Source: Flaccisagitta enflata
Taxonomy: Eukaryota
Length of the DNA stretch: 64,000 nucleotides
Direction of reading: 5' to 3'
Assembly: GCA_965153355.1 (NCBI GenBank)
Contig: OZ231126.1
Location: 47,554,001 to 47,618,000 of the forward strand
The position numbers and the translations under genes were made by a program. Positions within the stretch are counted from its first letter, which is position 1, and each line of letters begins with the position of its first letter. This document shows, piece by piece, positions 44,744-56,156 of this stretch. The notes under the pieces were generated by a model that had not been told where the DNA came from, searched no databases, and saw only the letters and a list, made by a program, of their open reading frames with translations.

Positions 44744-47110
44744 AAAAGGCGAGGAAGATTGTTTTTGAATTTGAGTTGGCGCCGTCGAGGAAAGAAGCAG
44801 AAGATGAAGACGGAAGAAGCGCGAAGAGAGAAGCTGAAGAGATGTGGAGCAAAAGCGTATGGATGATGGGAGTTTCGTTGGTCGCCATCGTCGATTTCTT
44901 CGAGATGTTTTTTTTAAGCATGAAAAGAGAAAGAAAAAGTCGTCGAATTTTCCCCCTCCGTCCGCCGGCTACGTCTTGGTGCGGAGTCCCGGATGTTTTT
45001 TTCCCATCTTTAGTCCTAGCGGGTTGTTTCGCCTATGCATCATAGTCTTGGAGCGGGTTTTGGGGTTGCTTCCCGGACATAATCCCGACGGTAGCTCCTT
45101 TGCTCAGCCGAAGCTGGCCCCACGACTATGTCTGGTCTCGACGCCCAGAAGAAGAAAAAAAGCGACGCTATGTTTTAAATTGAAGAGGAGTCGAAGACGG
45201 CGATGGAGAGAAGACGACGTTGATGGGTTCGAACACGTCGTATAGATGGAGATGACGAACGCGAGCCATCCCGTTGGATGACTTCCCGGCCGATGCACCA
45301 GGTGAAGAAACAGGAAAAGAGAGGAGCATCGGAGAAAGAGTCAGTAGTAGAGAGCGTAGGCGGCCCGTCGTCAACAAACCACAAAAACCACACGAAACGT
45401 GGTATGGAGCGAGATATATATAGGAGGAAGGGTCTGTCTGTCTGACTATCACGCCGAGCCAAACAGGAGAAGAAGAAGTCCGCAAAAAGATGAGACAAGA
45501 GCATGATAGAGAGAGAGAAAAAGGGCACAACTCCAACTGCATAACAAGACTAGGGCTACGGTATATAAAGGCAATAATGATGACGAAGAATAACAACAAC
45601 TGACCACACGCTACAACAACAACCATGACGACAACGACGACAACTAATCCCCCGGTCAGTCACTGAGTGAGGAGAGAAGAGAGAGAGCCGAGAGAAGAGA
45701 GAGAGCCGAGAGAAGAGAGAGAGAGCCGAGAGAAGAGAGAGAGCGCCGGTCAATCCTCAGTCGCGACTAGATGACCACTGTCCTACGCGCGCCTGTCAGT
45801 CCGGTCTCAACACATCACTATCAAACGAACCGCAAAGCACTCTCTGAATCCGAATCTGCAGTCAAAAATACCAGAAAACATCACCACAAAGAATTATGAT
45901 GAAAAATGTACTAAATTTACACCATTTTTGCATATATTTCAAAAATCGCTCCAAAAGTGATTTAGTTTCCTTTAGATCTATATTGTACACACTACACTGA
46001 CCCAAAAACTATCAAAGTGAGAGACGATCATTCTACCTCAACTCATTCCGTGTTTTGGCTGGTAGTGGGAGTGGCATGAATGAGGAACAGCGCAATGTGT
46101 GGACACTTTCCATGCCCCTATGTGCCTCTGCTCATCAAGCTATACAGGAACTGACAAACACCACCAGAAAGAGTGGAGAGCAGCATACAGAGATGGGGCT
46201 ATCCAGGATAAGTCGTGATTGGAAGGATACACGCCTTGTGGCCGAATTCTTACAAGAAAGAAACCCATTTTAGTATGGAGATGTGTTCTGCAATATTGCC
46301 AATGGTGTTCAAGCACACTCATCAGTCAATGTCGATAATGCTGCAGCAATTGGTGACCACATACTAGAAAAGATGGTTGGAGAAAAAGTGAGTGATTTTT
46401 CTTTTAAGAAGAAAGATCAGGCTGTAACCATGGGTTCCAAAAATGATGTCAAAGTAGATGGAGATATTGTGCAATTTGAGCCACATATCTTGTTTCAAAA
46501 GCTTGCTGTGGCAGCTGAAAGGAGTGACAGTATCAATCCTGAAACTATTTTCAAGCATGAATTAATCACCATTCCAAAGGCTCTTGCAAAAACACCTGAA
46601 TTGCTGCATGAAGCCCAAAAATCCACTCTTGCTGATGCAATATGGTCAACTGTTAATCAAAATGCAGCCTCTGTCCCAGATGGTGTCAGGTATGTACTAG
46701 ATGGAGGTGCTCTCCTACACAGGATTCCTTGGTCACGTGGCTCTACTTATGAAGGCATTTTAGAAACCTACAGCAATTATGTAGGCACCAACTATGGAGA
46801 AGCTGTGGTGGTTTTTGATGGTTACAAAGAATTTACAACCAAAGATATGACTCACAAGCGCAGTCTGAAGGGGAAAAAGGGAGTGAGTGTTACATTCAGT
46901 CTGGACATGAGTCTTAGTGTCACAAAAGAGGCATTCCTTAGTGACCCAAAAAACAAACAGCAATTCATCGATTTTCTTGGCACAAAGCTCACAAATCAAG
47001 GTAGCCATGTTTTCCATGACCAAGCAGATGCGGACCTGTTCATTGTTCAAAAGGCAATTGAGTCTGCAGAATCCATGGATACAGTATTTATTGGAGATGA
47101 TACAGACTTA

Positions 47111-47267
47111 AGGTGTGTCTGCATTAATCAGCTTATTTGGATAATTTATTTGGATAATAATATCCAGATATTTTAAGTAGTAAATCTTATAAATTCACTA
47201 TGTAGAATATCCGGATATTGATATCCAGATAAAATATCCAAATAAGATGGTGAATGCAGACGCACCC
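47111..47267. mobile_element. PIF/Harbinger-type MITE, TTA target duplication
   Basis: TTA|AGGTGTGTCTGCATT...AATGCAGACGCACCC|TTA; removal restores DTDLLVVLL. Second copy, inverted, at 54780-54936. Confidence 0.85.
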
Positions 47268-47888
47268 TTACTCGTCGTCTTGTTACACCACATGCCTCCA
47301 CACAGCAAGAATATCTTTTTTGCCTCAGATTGCAAAAAAAATACAAAAGGACGAGTGTGGAACATTAAAGAGGTCCAAGCAAAACTGGGCACTTTTGTAT
47401 GCAAACACATACCATTTCTGCACGCATTTCTAGGTTGTGACACAACAACACGTTTGTTTGGGATAGAAAAAGGGTCCATTCTCAAAAAATTCAAGGAAAA
47501 TAAATCCCTTCAGCAAGCAGCAACAGTTTTTGACATTTCAATGCCACTAAGGCCCAAATTGACAAAGCTGGCGAAGCTGCATTTATGGTGATGTACAATG
47601 GAAAGAAATCAGATACCTTGGATAGCCTTCGATACAAAAAGTATTGTGACAAGGTGGCTACAAGCTTGACACAAGTGGACCCAAAATCATTGCCTCCAAC
47701 CTCTGCTGCTGCTAAATTTCATAGCAGGCGAGTGTTTTTGCAAGTAAATCAATGGAAAGATCCCCAATGTGATTTGCTACCTGAGGAGTGGGGATGGGTC
47801 CTCAAAGACACAGGGTTGCATCCGGTACTGACAGATATGCCGCCAGCTCCTGCTGAGCTTTAAAAGATCATAAAGTGCAACTGTACTA

Positions 47889-49052
47889 CAGACAGGACCC
47901 TAATAAGAGCGGAGGAGGGACCCAAAGTTTTAGCATCACCCCCTACAGCCTATATAGCTCAAGCAATTTACAGGGTGTTTCAAGTGAGTTGCAACATAAA
48001 GAATCGACATATCTCTGCTTCTAAGAACTCTTAATGATTTCTAAAAAAAGATCTACAAAGATCTTGGTCTTCAGTTTCTTCATACCAAACCTCAACTTTA
48101 AGTAATTGATAGATTTGTGTCAGAAAAAAATCAAAAGAACAGTCAATTCCTGTGGAAAATTATCTTTTTTATAGATATACCTACCAGTAGCTTACTTTAA
48201 GTGCTTGCCATTTTCAAACGAATTGAGCTAGAACCCTGGGATTGGTCTCAAATGAAAGATAATTTAACATAGATCGCTTATCTGCTTTGAAATTAGGGAA
48301 ACTTTGAACGCTTAATAACTTTATTAATGATTTCAGTCAAACCTCATCAAAACATTGATTGTCATTTTTGCAAAGGTCAATCAAATTTTTTCTTAAATAA
48401 TCAAAACCTGCCAAATTTTTTAGGGGATCTGAAATTGTTGACAAATTATCTGTCATTTGAGACCAATCCCAGGGTTCTAGCTCAATTCGTAAAAAAATGG
48501 CACGCAATTAAAGAGAGCTACTTCCAAGTACAGTAAGAAGTAAAAAAATAAAAATTGATAAGGATAGAAATTGCATATGTTCTTCTCAGATATGTGGTGT
48601 CTTGATGAGCTGTCTGATTATCATGACATTTTGCATGCAAAAACTGAAGACCAAGATCTTTATAGAACTTTTTTCAGAAATTGATTTAGGCTCCTAGAAG
48701 CAAAGATATGTTGATTCTTTTCGTTGCAACTCACTTGAAACACCCTGTACTTAGTTGCTATGGCGAATTACACCTTGGGTGGATACAATTGGCGCCACCG
48801 TGGCGATTTATGAATTTCCACCTAGAACACCCCCAAATTTTCAAAATTGAAGAAAAAAATGGGTTTAATTTTTTGAGGGTGATTTTGCAACATTTAAGGG
48901 TGTTCTAGGTGGAAATTCAAAAATCGCCACATAAATTGTATTCATCTCCATGTGTAATTGACAGCAAGTGAGAAATGCTTGAGCCATTTGAGCTGTAGGG
49001 GGTGATGCTAAAACTTTGGGTCCCTCCTCCGCTCTTATTAGGGTCCCGTCTG
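47889..49052. mobile_element. MITE, TA target duplication
   Basis: TA|CAGACAGGACCCTAATAAGAGCGGAGGAGGGACCCAAAG...CTTTGGGTCCCTCCTCCGCTCTTATTAGGGTCCCGTCTG|TA; removal restores the Cys-rich frame. Confidence 0.9.
47971..48747. mobile_element. Tc1/mariner-type MITE nested in the previous MITE
   Basis: TA|CAGGGTGTTTCAAGTGAGTTGCAAC...GTTGCAACTCACTTGAAACACCCTG|TA. Confidence 0.9.
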
Positions 49053-49785
49053 TACTGATTGTGGAACTGCTCGATGCACCTGCAAAAAACATGGAATGAA
49101 ATGCTCAATGGCTTGCGGGCATTGTCGTGGCTCCTCATGTTCAAATACAATTGCTTTTGTAGAAGATCAAGATAACAGCGACTCTGGAGAAGACTAGAAT
49201 CAAATAAATTGATGTATTAACAAGTTTTTACAGCTTTTTGTCATTGTTCCAATAGATTATTTTTTTACCATCTTAACATTGTTTTTTTTTCTGAGATATG
49301 AAAAATGTAAAAGATAAGAGAGATGAGTCAACATTTATAGTGTATAGGAAGCAGTTGACGAGCTACTCCAGGACACCTCTACATCTTGAGATGACATTTT
49401 AATATAAAAAGATATCTTAGCTAAGTATTGATATGAAATTTATACTTTACATGTTTAGTTTTTCCTGTTATTTCATTTATTTCTTGTTTTTTTGAAGATC
49501 GATTTTGGCGAATTTTCGCCTTTTTCACATGTACTTACAATCATCCCAACCAACCGCTTTGCATTAATATTTTTTCAGTCAACTTCTTTTCTTAGCTCAG
49601 TAGACACTTTGTACAGTGCAAAACCACCAAAAAACCAGGGATACAATTTTTCTAAGGTGGTTTTTGTTAAATCCCTCCTCTACTAGTAGTGCTTTCACGC
49701 TTAAGGAAAAAACATGATAATCATGTTTTTCCAATGAATAAAACCTTATTATCAGGATTTCTTCCTTGAGCGTGAAAGCACTGTA

Positions 49786-50841
49786 AAATTGGTAAAAAAT
49801 CTTTTTTGCTTTGTTTGCTTATAGATACTCACTTGAGGCTTGTCCTTGCCAAGTTTGAAGTCATTGCCACGATTTTTGAGCGAAAAATAAGAAAAAAAGG
49901 CCAAAAAAGCTCATTTTAACAGTATTTTACTGTACAAACCCATACTAAAATTGGTGACAAATCTTTATTTGCTTTGTTTGCATATAGATGCTCACTTGGG
50001 GCTTGTCCTTGCCAAGTTTCAAGTCATAGCCACAATTTTTGAGCGAGAAATAAGAAACGAGGCCAAGTGAAGGCCAATAAGTGCGCCTCGCTTGATTAAG
50101 ATTTTGTGAATGAACGTTTTTGATGAATGAATGAATGTATGAATGAATGAATGAATGAATGAATGATTGAATGAATGAATATGACTGTGATGAGGCATGA
50201 AAGGTGATAGGAATGAAGAAATACGTCAGAATCAGCCGTTTTGCGCATTTCAAACGTTTGCGTGACCGACCATCCAACCAACCGACCGACGGACATGACC
50301 TCTTATAGAAGTGCGAGGACGCTCTTAAAAAAGGCTAAAAAGGCTCATTTTTGCAGTATTTTACTGTATGAACCCATACTAAAATTGGTGAAAAATCTTT
50401 TTTTGCTTTATTTGCTTGTAGATGCTCACTTGGGGCGTGTCCTTGCCAAGTTTCAAGTCATTGCCGCGATTTTTGAGCGAGAAATCAAAAAAACAGGTCA
50501 AAAAAGCTCTTTTTTACAGTATTCTTCTGTTTAAACCCATACCAAAATTGGTGAAAAATCTATTTTTGCTTTGTTTGCTTATAGATGCTCACTTGGGGCT
50601 TGTCCTTGCCAAGTTTCAAGTCATAGCCGCGATTTTTGTGCCAGAAATTTAAAAAAAGGCCACAAAAGCTCATTTTTACAGTATTTTACTGTATAAAACC
50701 ATACCAAAATTGGGGAAAAATCTTTTTTTACTTTGTTTGCTTGTAGATGCTCACTTGGGGCTTGTCCTTGTCCAGTTTCAAGTCATTGCCGCGATTTTTG
50801 AGCAAGAAATAAAAAAAAAAGGTCAAAAAAGCTCATTTTTA
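49786..50841. repeat. Tandem satellite, ~162-bp unit, ~5 copies, interrupted by a family C element
   Basis: AAAATTGG..AAAAATCT...GATGCTCACTTGGGGCTTGTCCTTGCCAAGTTTCAAGTCA recurs at ~49786, 49948, 50382, 50545, 50707. Confidence 0.9.
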
Positions 50842-51109
50842 CCCTAGATACGTACCCTGAAGATGGTTACCGATTGAATTCAAACTTGCTCATGGGCTAA
50901 TTTGGCTTGTTTAGGGTTACTTCACAATATGCAATACCCATATTGGATAAAAACGGCAATTCCAGGGCCTCTCACCGACGTACCGTGCATGTGAAACACG
51001 ATAAGTCACCCATGGTTTAACATTTGAGATTCAAAATGTTATTTGTGTTGTTGTTGTTGTTGTTGTTGTGTCGCTGTGTCGTTGTCGTTGTCGTTGTCGT
51101 CGTCTGTCG

Positions 51110-51141
<32 letters not shown>

Positions 51142-51165
51142 GCTGCTGTTTTTTCTCTTGAATTA

Positions 51166-51781
51166 CCACGCGTATCAAAAAAAAAGACGCACCTGGTCAT
51201 TCATTGATAAAACAGACAAAAAAAATTGTTAAAATTTTTTTTCATTGAAGGTATTTTGAAGATTTTCAAATTTTCTCTCAATCTAGACCAGTCCTAGGTC
51301 TGTATCTCAAATCGTTTAAAAGTTACAGCCAGTCAAAGACAACTACTATATTGAGCACATGACAAAATACAAAATTATTAAAAAAATCGTTTATTATTTC
51401 TTTATCGTATGAAATCGCTAAAGAAAAACTTTTAACCATTTTTCAGTCAGAGTAATTTTGAAGATTTTTGAATTTTCTTTCATTCTAGACCAATCCCAAG
51501 TCTGTATCTCAAACGGTTTAAAAGTTATAGCTCATCAAAGTGAAACACTGATTATCTTGAATTTTTTTTCTCTTATAGAATTGTGAAAACGATTCTTAAC
51601 TATTTTTACTCTTTTTTTTACTACGCCCAAACGCCTCAAGATTAAGACTTTTTTCTTTTTGATTCTCAAAGCTTAAAAACTGGGCTTTTCAATAGTGCAA
51701 AACATTTAATTTGAAATCAAAGAACAAATGACTAAAATGGTCATTTAAAAGTGCGTCTTTTTTTTTTTTTGATTCGCGTGG
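51166..51781. mobile_element. MITE, TA target duplication
   Basis: TA|CCACGCGTATCAAAAAAAAAAGACGCAC...GTGCGTCTTTT(T)nGATTCGCGTGG|TA; internal ~190-bp direct repeat. Confidence 0.8.
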
Positions 51782-51991
51782 TACAATAAATAAAAAAACG
51801 TACGAACAAATAGTCAATCAGCTTCATAATCATTCATTTAAAAAAAACTAGTATACATACGCGTGCAACTACTCATGCAATCATCGTCGTCGTCGCCGCC
51901 CTCGTCATCTTCATCGTCATCGTCATCAACATCATCATGGCGATGGATTTTTATCAATATTATTTTTTCCAAGCATTACGAATTTGCTTAC

Positions 51992-52274
51992 CTCGCTCCC
52001 ACATTTCATGGTCCAGTCTGAGTTTGTCTCCGGAGGGCCACTTCCACTTGTCCTCATTAGGATCATTGCAACCGATGCACTGAGCTCCTACCCATGCCGA
52101 AACCAAACTATATACATTCCGAAAGCGTCCAAGTATTTACTTTGCCAGCTCGATTTTAGCCAATGTGTTGAGCGAGGCCAAATTCCCGCCCCATCTCGCG
52201 CATTTGGCCCGCGCTCTACGTGCAGTCTCATTGATGAAGAATTTCAGACGCGCACCGGGCAGTCTTTCCTCCAT
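51992..52274 (-). pseudogene. C-type lectin domain exon with an in-frame stop
   Basis: Manual translation: MEERLPGARLKFFINETARRARAKCARWGGNLASLNTLAKIELAK*ILGRFRNVYSLVSAWVGAQCIGCNDPNEDKWKWPSGDKLRLDHEMWER, then donor G|gtaagc. Matches the CTLD pattern C-x3-GG-x-LAS...WVG...WxW..G. Confidence 0.6.
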
Positions 52275-53144
52275 GGATGGTTTCAATGATACTTTTTATT
52301 CACGGTCGTCGCAAGTGAAATACCAGTAATGGCGGCTGTCGCCGTGAGGAAAAAGTCGTTAGCATTGGTAATTTTTCATCAAGCTTTTGTCTTCAATCAT
52401 TGCAAATCTTTTTATTTGTTAGATCAAATCACGAGCAAAGTTTCACCTAGTCCCTTCTCCATATCCTGCATGCCACTTTGAATCCCAGATTATGGCATTT
52501 TGCTTGGCGCAAAAAAAAGAGAATTATAAAATTTACTTTCCTTATTAATTTCGTCCGAGGGTGCAATCGGTCAATGGAGATTTTCAACATCCCTATAAGA
52601 AAATGAAAACTATGTTTTTCTTGAATATGTCAAAAAGTCGAAGACTGATTTCGACTTTTTTCCCGATAAATATTGACCACTTGAAAATCATTTTTTTCTC
52701 ACTCGATTGCATTCTCATCTTTACCTTCATTGCTTGCATTCGTTTTGGCAACAACTGACTTGCGCCATGACGCAGCAACGATCAGAATAGCAACGAGTGA
52801 AAATTTTATCATTTTCAATGTAACCATTGATTCATTTCTTCTTATTTAGTGAGAGAGGCAGCTTAAAGATAGTCCAAATCCTTTAAACTGCTCGTGACTC
52901 ACTCACATAAAATTTCATTCAAAATTCTTACTCTGCCTCTCTTTCCACTTCGCAGTACCGTTCCTATTAAACAGCGGCCCCAAGGCTCAAAATATACTGC
53001 ATTGACACAAAGCAGTAGCAGACATTCCCCACATTCGTAAGAGGCAATGTTTCTCCTAGTTCCTTCTCCATATCCCGCGATGGCACTTTGAATCTCAGAT
53101 TATGGCATTTTAGACCCAGATCTTACTTCGGAAGACTAGACTTA

Positions 53145-53898
53145 CCCTGTCTTCAGAAGCAACTGCAACCAGCAAAAGATGTATCGTGTGAAAACTATCC
53201 ACACCAAACAATTCGGTTTTACTCTATCTAATAGCATATTAGTGACGGTTTTCTCATGCAAAATTTCAGCACTCCAAGTCAAGTAGTTCAGCTTCTACAT
53301 TATTTTGATGATCACCAAAAGTTACACATAAAATTACGATTTTTATGAAAAATAAAATAGTTTAGCCTTTTAAATCTTATCAAAACTGAGTAAATATTGA
53401 TTTGAAGTAATCAAGTTGTTCCCATTATATGTTCTTATCATAGATAAATCTTTTCCCTGTCCATTTGTGCATGATTATGAGATCTCAAAGTGGTAAAAGA
53501 GGAATGTTCAGCAAGAAAAGTTGTTTGAACAAGAAAAATCATGGAAAAAACATGAAAAATCGTTATAAATGCAGCTTGAAATGTTTTTTTCTTGAACCTA
53601 ATATAATCTCCTTCAAAAATTCTTCAATTTGAGACCAATCCCAGAGTTCTAGCTAAAAGCGCTTAGAAGTTATATAGGTTTAAAGTGACAGTGTCTGAAA
53701 TGAAAAACTATTAACCAAAAAATGGTTCTTTACTTCAAAATAATGTAGAAGCTAAACGACTTGACCTAAAGTGCTGAAATTTTGCATGAAAAAACCGTCA
53801 GTAATATGCTATCAGACAGAGCAAATTCAAAATGTGTGGTGTGGATAGTTTTCACACAATACATCTTTTGCTGGTTGCAGTTGCTTCTGAAGACAGGG
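53145..53898. mobile_element. MITE with ~160-bp TIRs, TA target duplication
   Basis: TA|CCCTGTCTTCAGAAGCAACTGCAACCAGCAAAAGATGTA...TACATCTTTTGCTGGTTGCAGTTGCTTCTGAAGACAGGG|TA. Confidence 0.9.
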
Positions 53899-54469
53899 TA
53901 ACAGATGGAGGAGCTGGCTAGCTGACTGGCTGTTGCGTCTTGTTTTCCATCCATTCTCCTTTCCGGCTTCCCGTCATCGCTCACTGCCTCAGGGCTGGCT
54001 ATTCCCACATCTACGACCGACGATATATCCGTCCGCCCATGTTTTCGGAAATGGGCTCGGAGATTAAACAAGAGGCTTTTGAAGCTTCATGCCGATGTTT
54101 TGCGTTAAAAAATTGAAGAGGAATTGTTTTATGATTCAAAATCCAGTTATATTTCAGTTTTCAATTCGGAGCTTCATGCCGATGCATATGCGTGAAGTAT
54201 AGATATGAACCATTTGAAGGGATTGATTATTATGATTGGTTTTGTTTCCATTATATATAAGTGATATAACTAATGTAAGTTTGACCTCCCCCCCAATGAA
54301 AAGAGAAATATCTTTTCGGAAACAAATTCATTAAAAAAATGCACTCAAAGAAAGAATAAATGGATGAGAGAAAGATAAAGAAAGGAAGACAGAAAAAAAG
54401 AATGAAAGAAAGAAACAATCCCATGTTACAGTATCATTGTTGGTGTTCCTAATGTTTTGTTTTGTTTGG

Positions 54470-54532
<63 letters not shown>

Positions 54533-54779
54533 TCCGAAAATTCAATCACGGGAGTCGTGCAGAGGATCCGGAGAGGGAAACGGGAAGGAAGGATCCGGCG
54601 GCAGCTCGAAAACTTTTGAAAGCGAATGGAGTAACCCAAGGAAGCGACTTCATACTTGCAACGGACGTTTCCATATGTCTCTCACAAATACCTCGGTGGT
54701 TCGGCGACGCAATCGAAGAGGTGTGAATGAGACATTCAGGGCGGATGACCGTGTCGCTACGGCCACATTTCATTACGTA

Positions 54780-54936
54780 AGGTGCGTCTGCATTCACCAT
54801 ATGTTTTGGATATTTTATCTGGATATCAATATCCGGATATTCTACATAGTGAATTTACAAAATTTACTAAATGAAATATCCGGATATCAATATTCAAATA
54901 GAACATCCGAATAAGCTGATTAATGCAGACACACCT
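54780..54936. mobile_element. Second copy of the Harbinger-type MITE
   Basis: Reverse-complement match to 47111-47267. Confidence 0.8.
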
Positions 54937-56156
54937 TCAGTGTAGAATTTAACAATATCCTAGCGGACGGGGGGTAGGGGAAGTAGGGTAGGTGTGGAAA
55001 TGCGCGTTTTGTCCCTTTTCGAGTCAAGCAATCCGGAGTAAACACCATTGAAAGCATGCAAGACTCTCATCCTTCGTAAATTGGAGAATTCTGGCCTCAA
55101 TTTTTTAAGGGCAATGTTGTTTCAACTTTCATTATGGACCAACTGACATGACCGAGCTAGAAAGTGACGAAAGAAAGCATGAAAAAGAGCGAACGAGTTA
55201 GAAAAGTGAGTGAAAGATAGAAAAAAAGCCTTGGAAGTTGTACGGCTTCTGTATGCACCGATGAGAAATACATGAATGAACAAATACATGAATTAATGAA
55301 GTTCTTAATGAGTTGAATGAGGCGAGAACCAGGGTACCCAGCTACTCATATGCACTGCATAGACAACTTTGAGTTCAACTTTTGTCTTTGAATATAATAC
55401 CAATTGTCTTCGGTTTGACTGCGTTGCCGCTTTTTTTTCTGGGTTAAAAAGAGAATAACTATCTAGACAAATGAACATATGTAACGAATTCTCCGAAGGT
55501 TCAATACCATCGCGTGTAGTTGGCAGGGGCTGATTTTTAACGTCAGCAACCAACTGACTTACCAACAGACCTATGGATCGTTTCTTTTTTTCCATCTTTC
55601 TCTTTCTCGCCCTGTATGTTTGTTCATCTGTTTGTTTGTCCTTGTGTTTGTTTGTTTGTTTGTTTGTTTGTTTGTTTGTCTGTTTGTTTGTCTGTATGTT
55701 TGTTGGTTTGTTTGTTTGTTTGTTTGTTTTTGTTTGTTTTCTTGTTCGTTTGTTTTTTCGTTTCTTCCGTTCTGTCTTTCTTTTCTTCTTCTTCTTCTTC
55801 TTCTTCTTCTTCTTCTTTTCTTTCCTTTCTTTCTTCTTTCTTTCTTTTCTTTTCTTCTTCTTTCTTTCTTTCTTCTTTCTTTCTTTCTTCTTTCTTTCTT
55901 TCTTCTTTTCTTTCTTCTTTCTTTCTTTTCTCTTCTTTCTTTTCTTTCTTTTTTTCTTCTTCTTCTTTCTTTCTTTCTTCTTTCTTTCTTTCTTCTTCCT
56001 CCCCTTTCTTTCTTCTTTCTTCCTTTCTTTCTTTCTTTCTTTCTTTCTTTCTCTTTCTTCCTTTCTTTCTTTTCTCCCTTCTTTCTTTCTTTCTTTCTTC
56101 CTTTCTTTCTGCTTTCTCTTTCTTTTCCTCTTTCTTTCTTACTTTCTTTTCCATCT

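Larger units (their letters stand above)
46055..49197 (+). pseudogene. AcademX-type protein: XPG/PIN-like nuclease plus Cys-rich CXC-like domain, disrupted
   Basis: Motifs VLDGGALLH, VVFDGY, ADADLFIV, GDDTDL, HAFLGCDTT, LPPTSAA..FHSRR, WGW. After removing insertions the end reads IKCNCTTDCGTARCTCKKHGMKCSMACGHCRGSSCSN. Stops at ~46271 and ~47861, a frameshift near 47540. Confidence 0.8.
46045..49685 (+). mobile_element. 5'-truncated AcademX-like DNA transposon
   Basis: Decayed coding region (next feature) followed by a non-coding tail ending ...TAAATCCCTCCTCTACTA, a plausible right terminus. The left TIR is not seen. Confidence 0.55.

Noticed and set aside
45750-45860. Possible self-cleaving ribozyme upstream of the LINE
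   Set aside because: No hammerhead or HDV core could be laid out by eye.
46010-46044. Candidate Sola terminus ending in CTC
   Set aside because: No matching inverted partner (GAGTTGAGGTAG...) found left of the transposase gene, so TIRs are not claimed.
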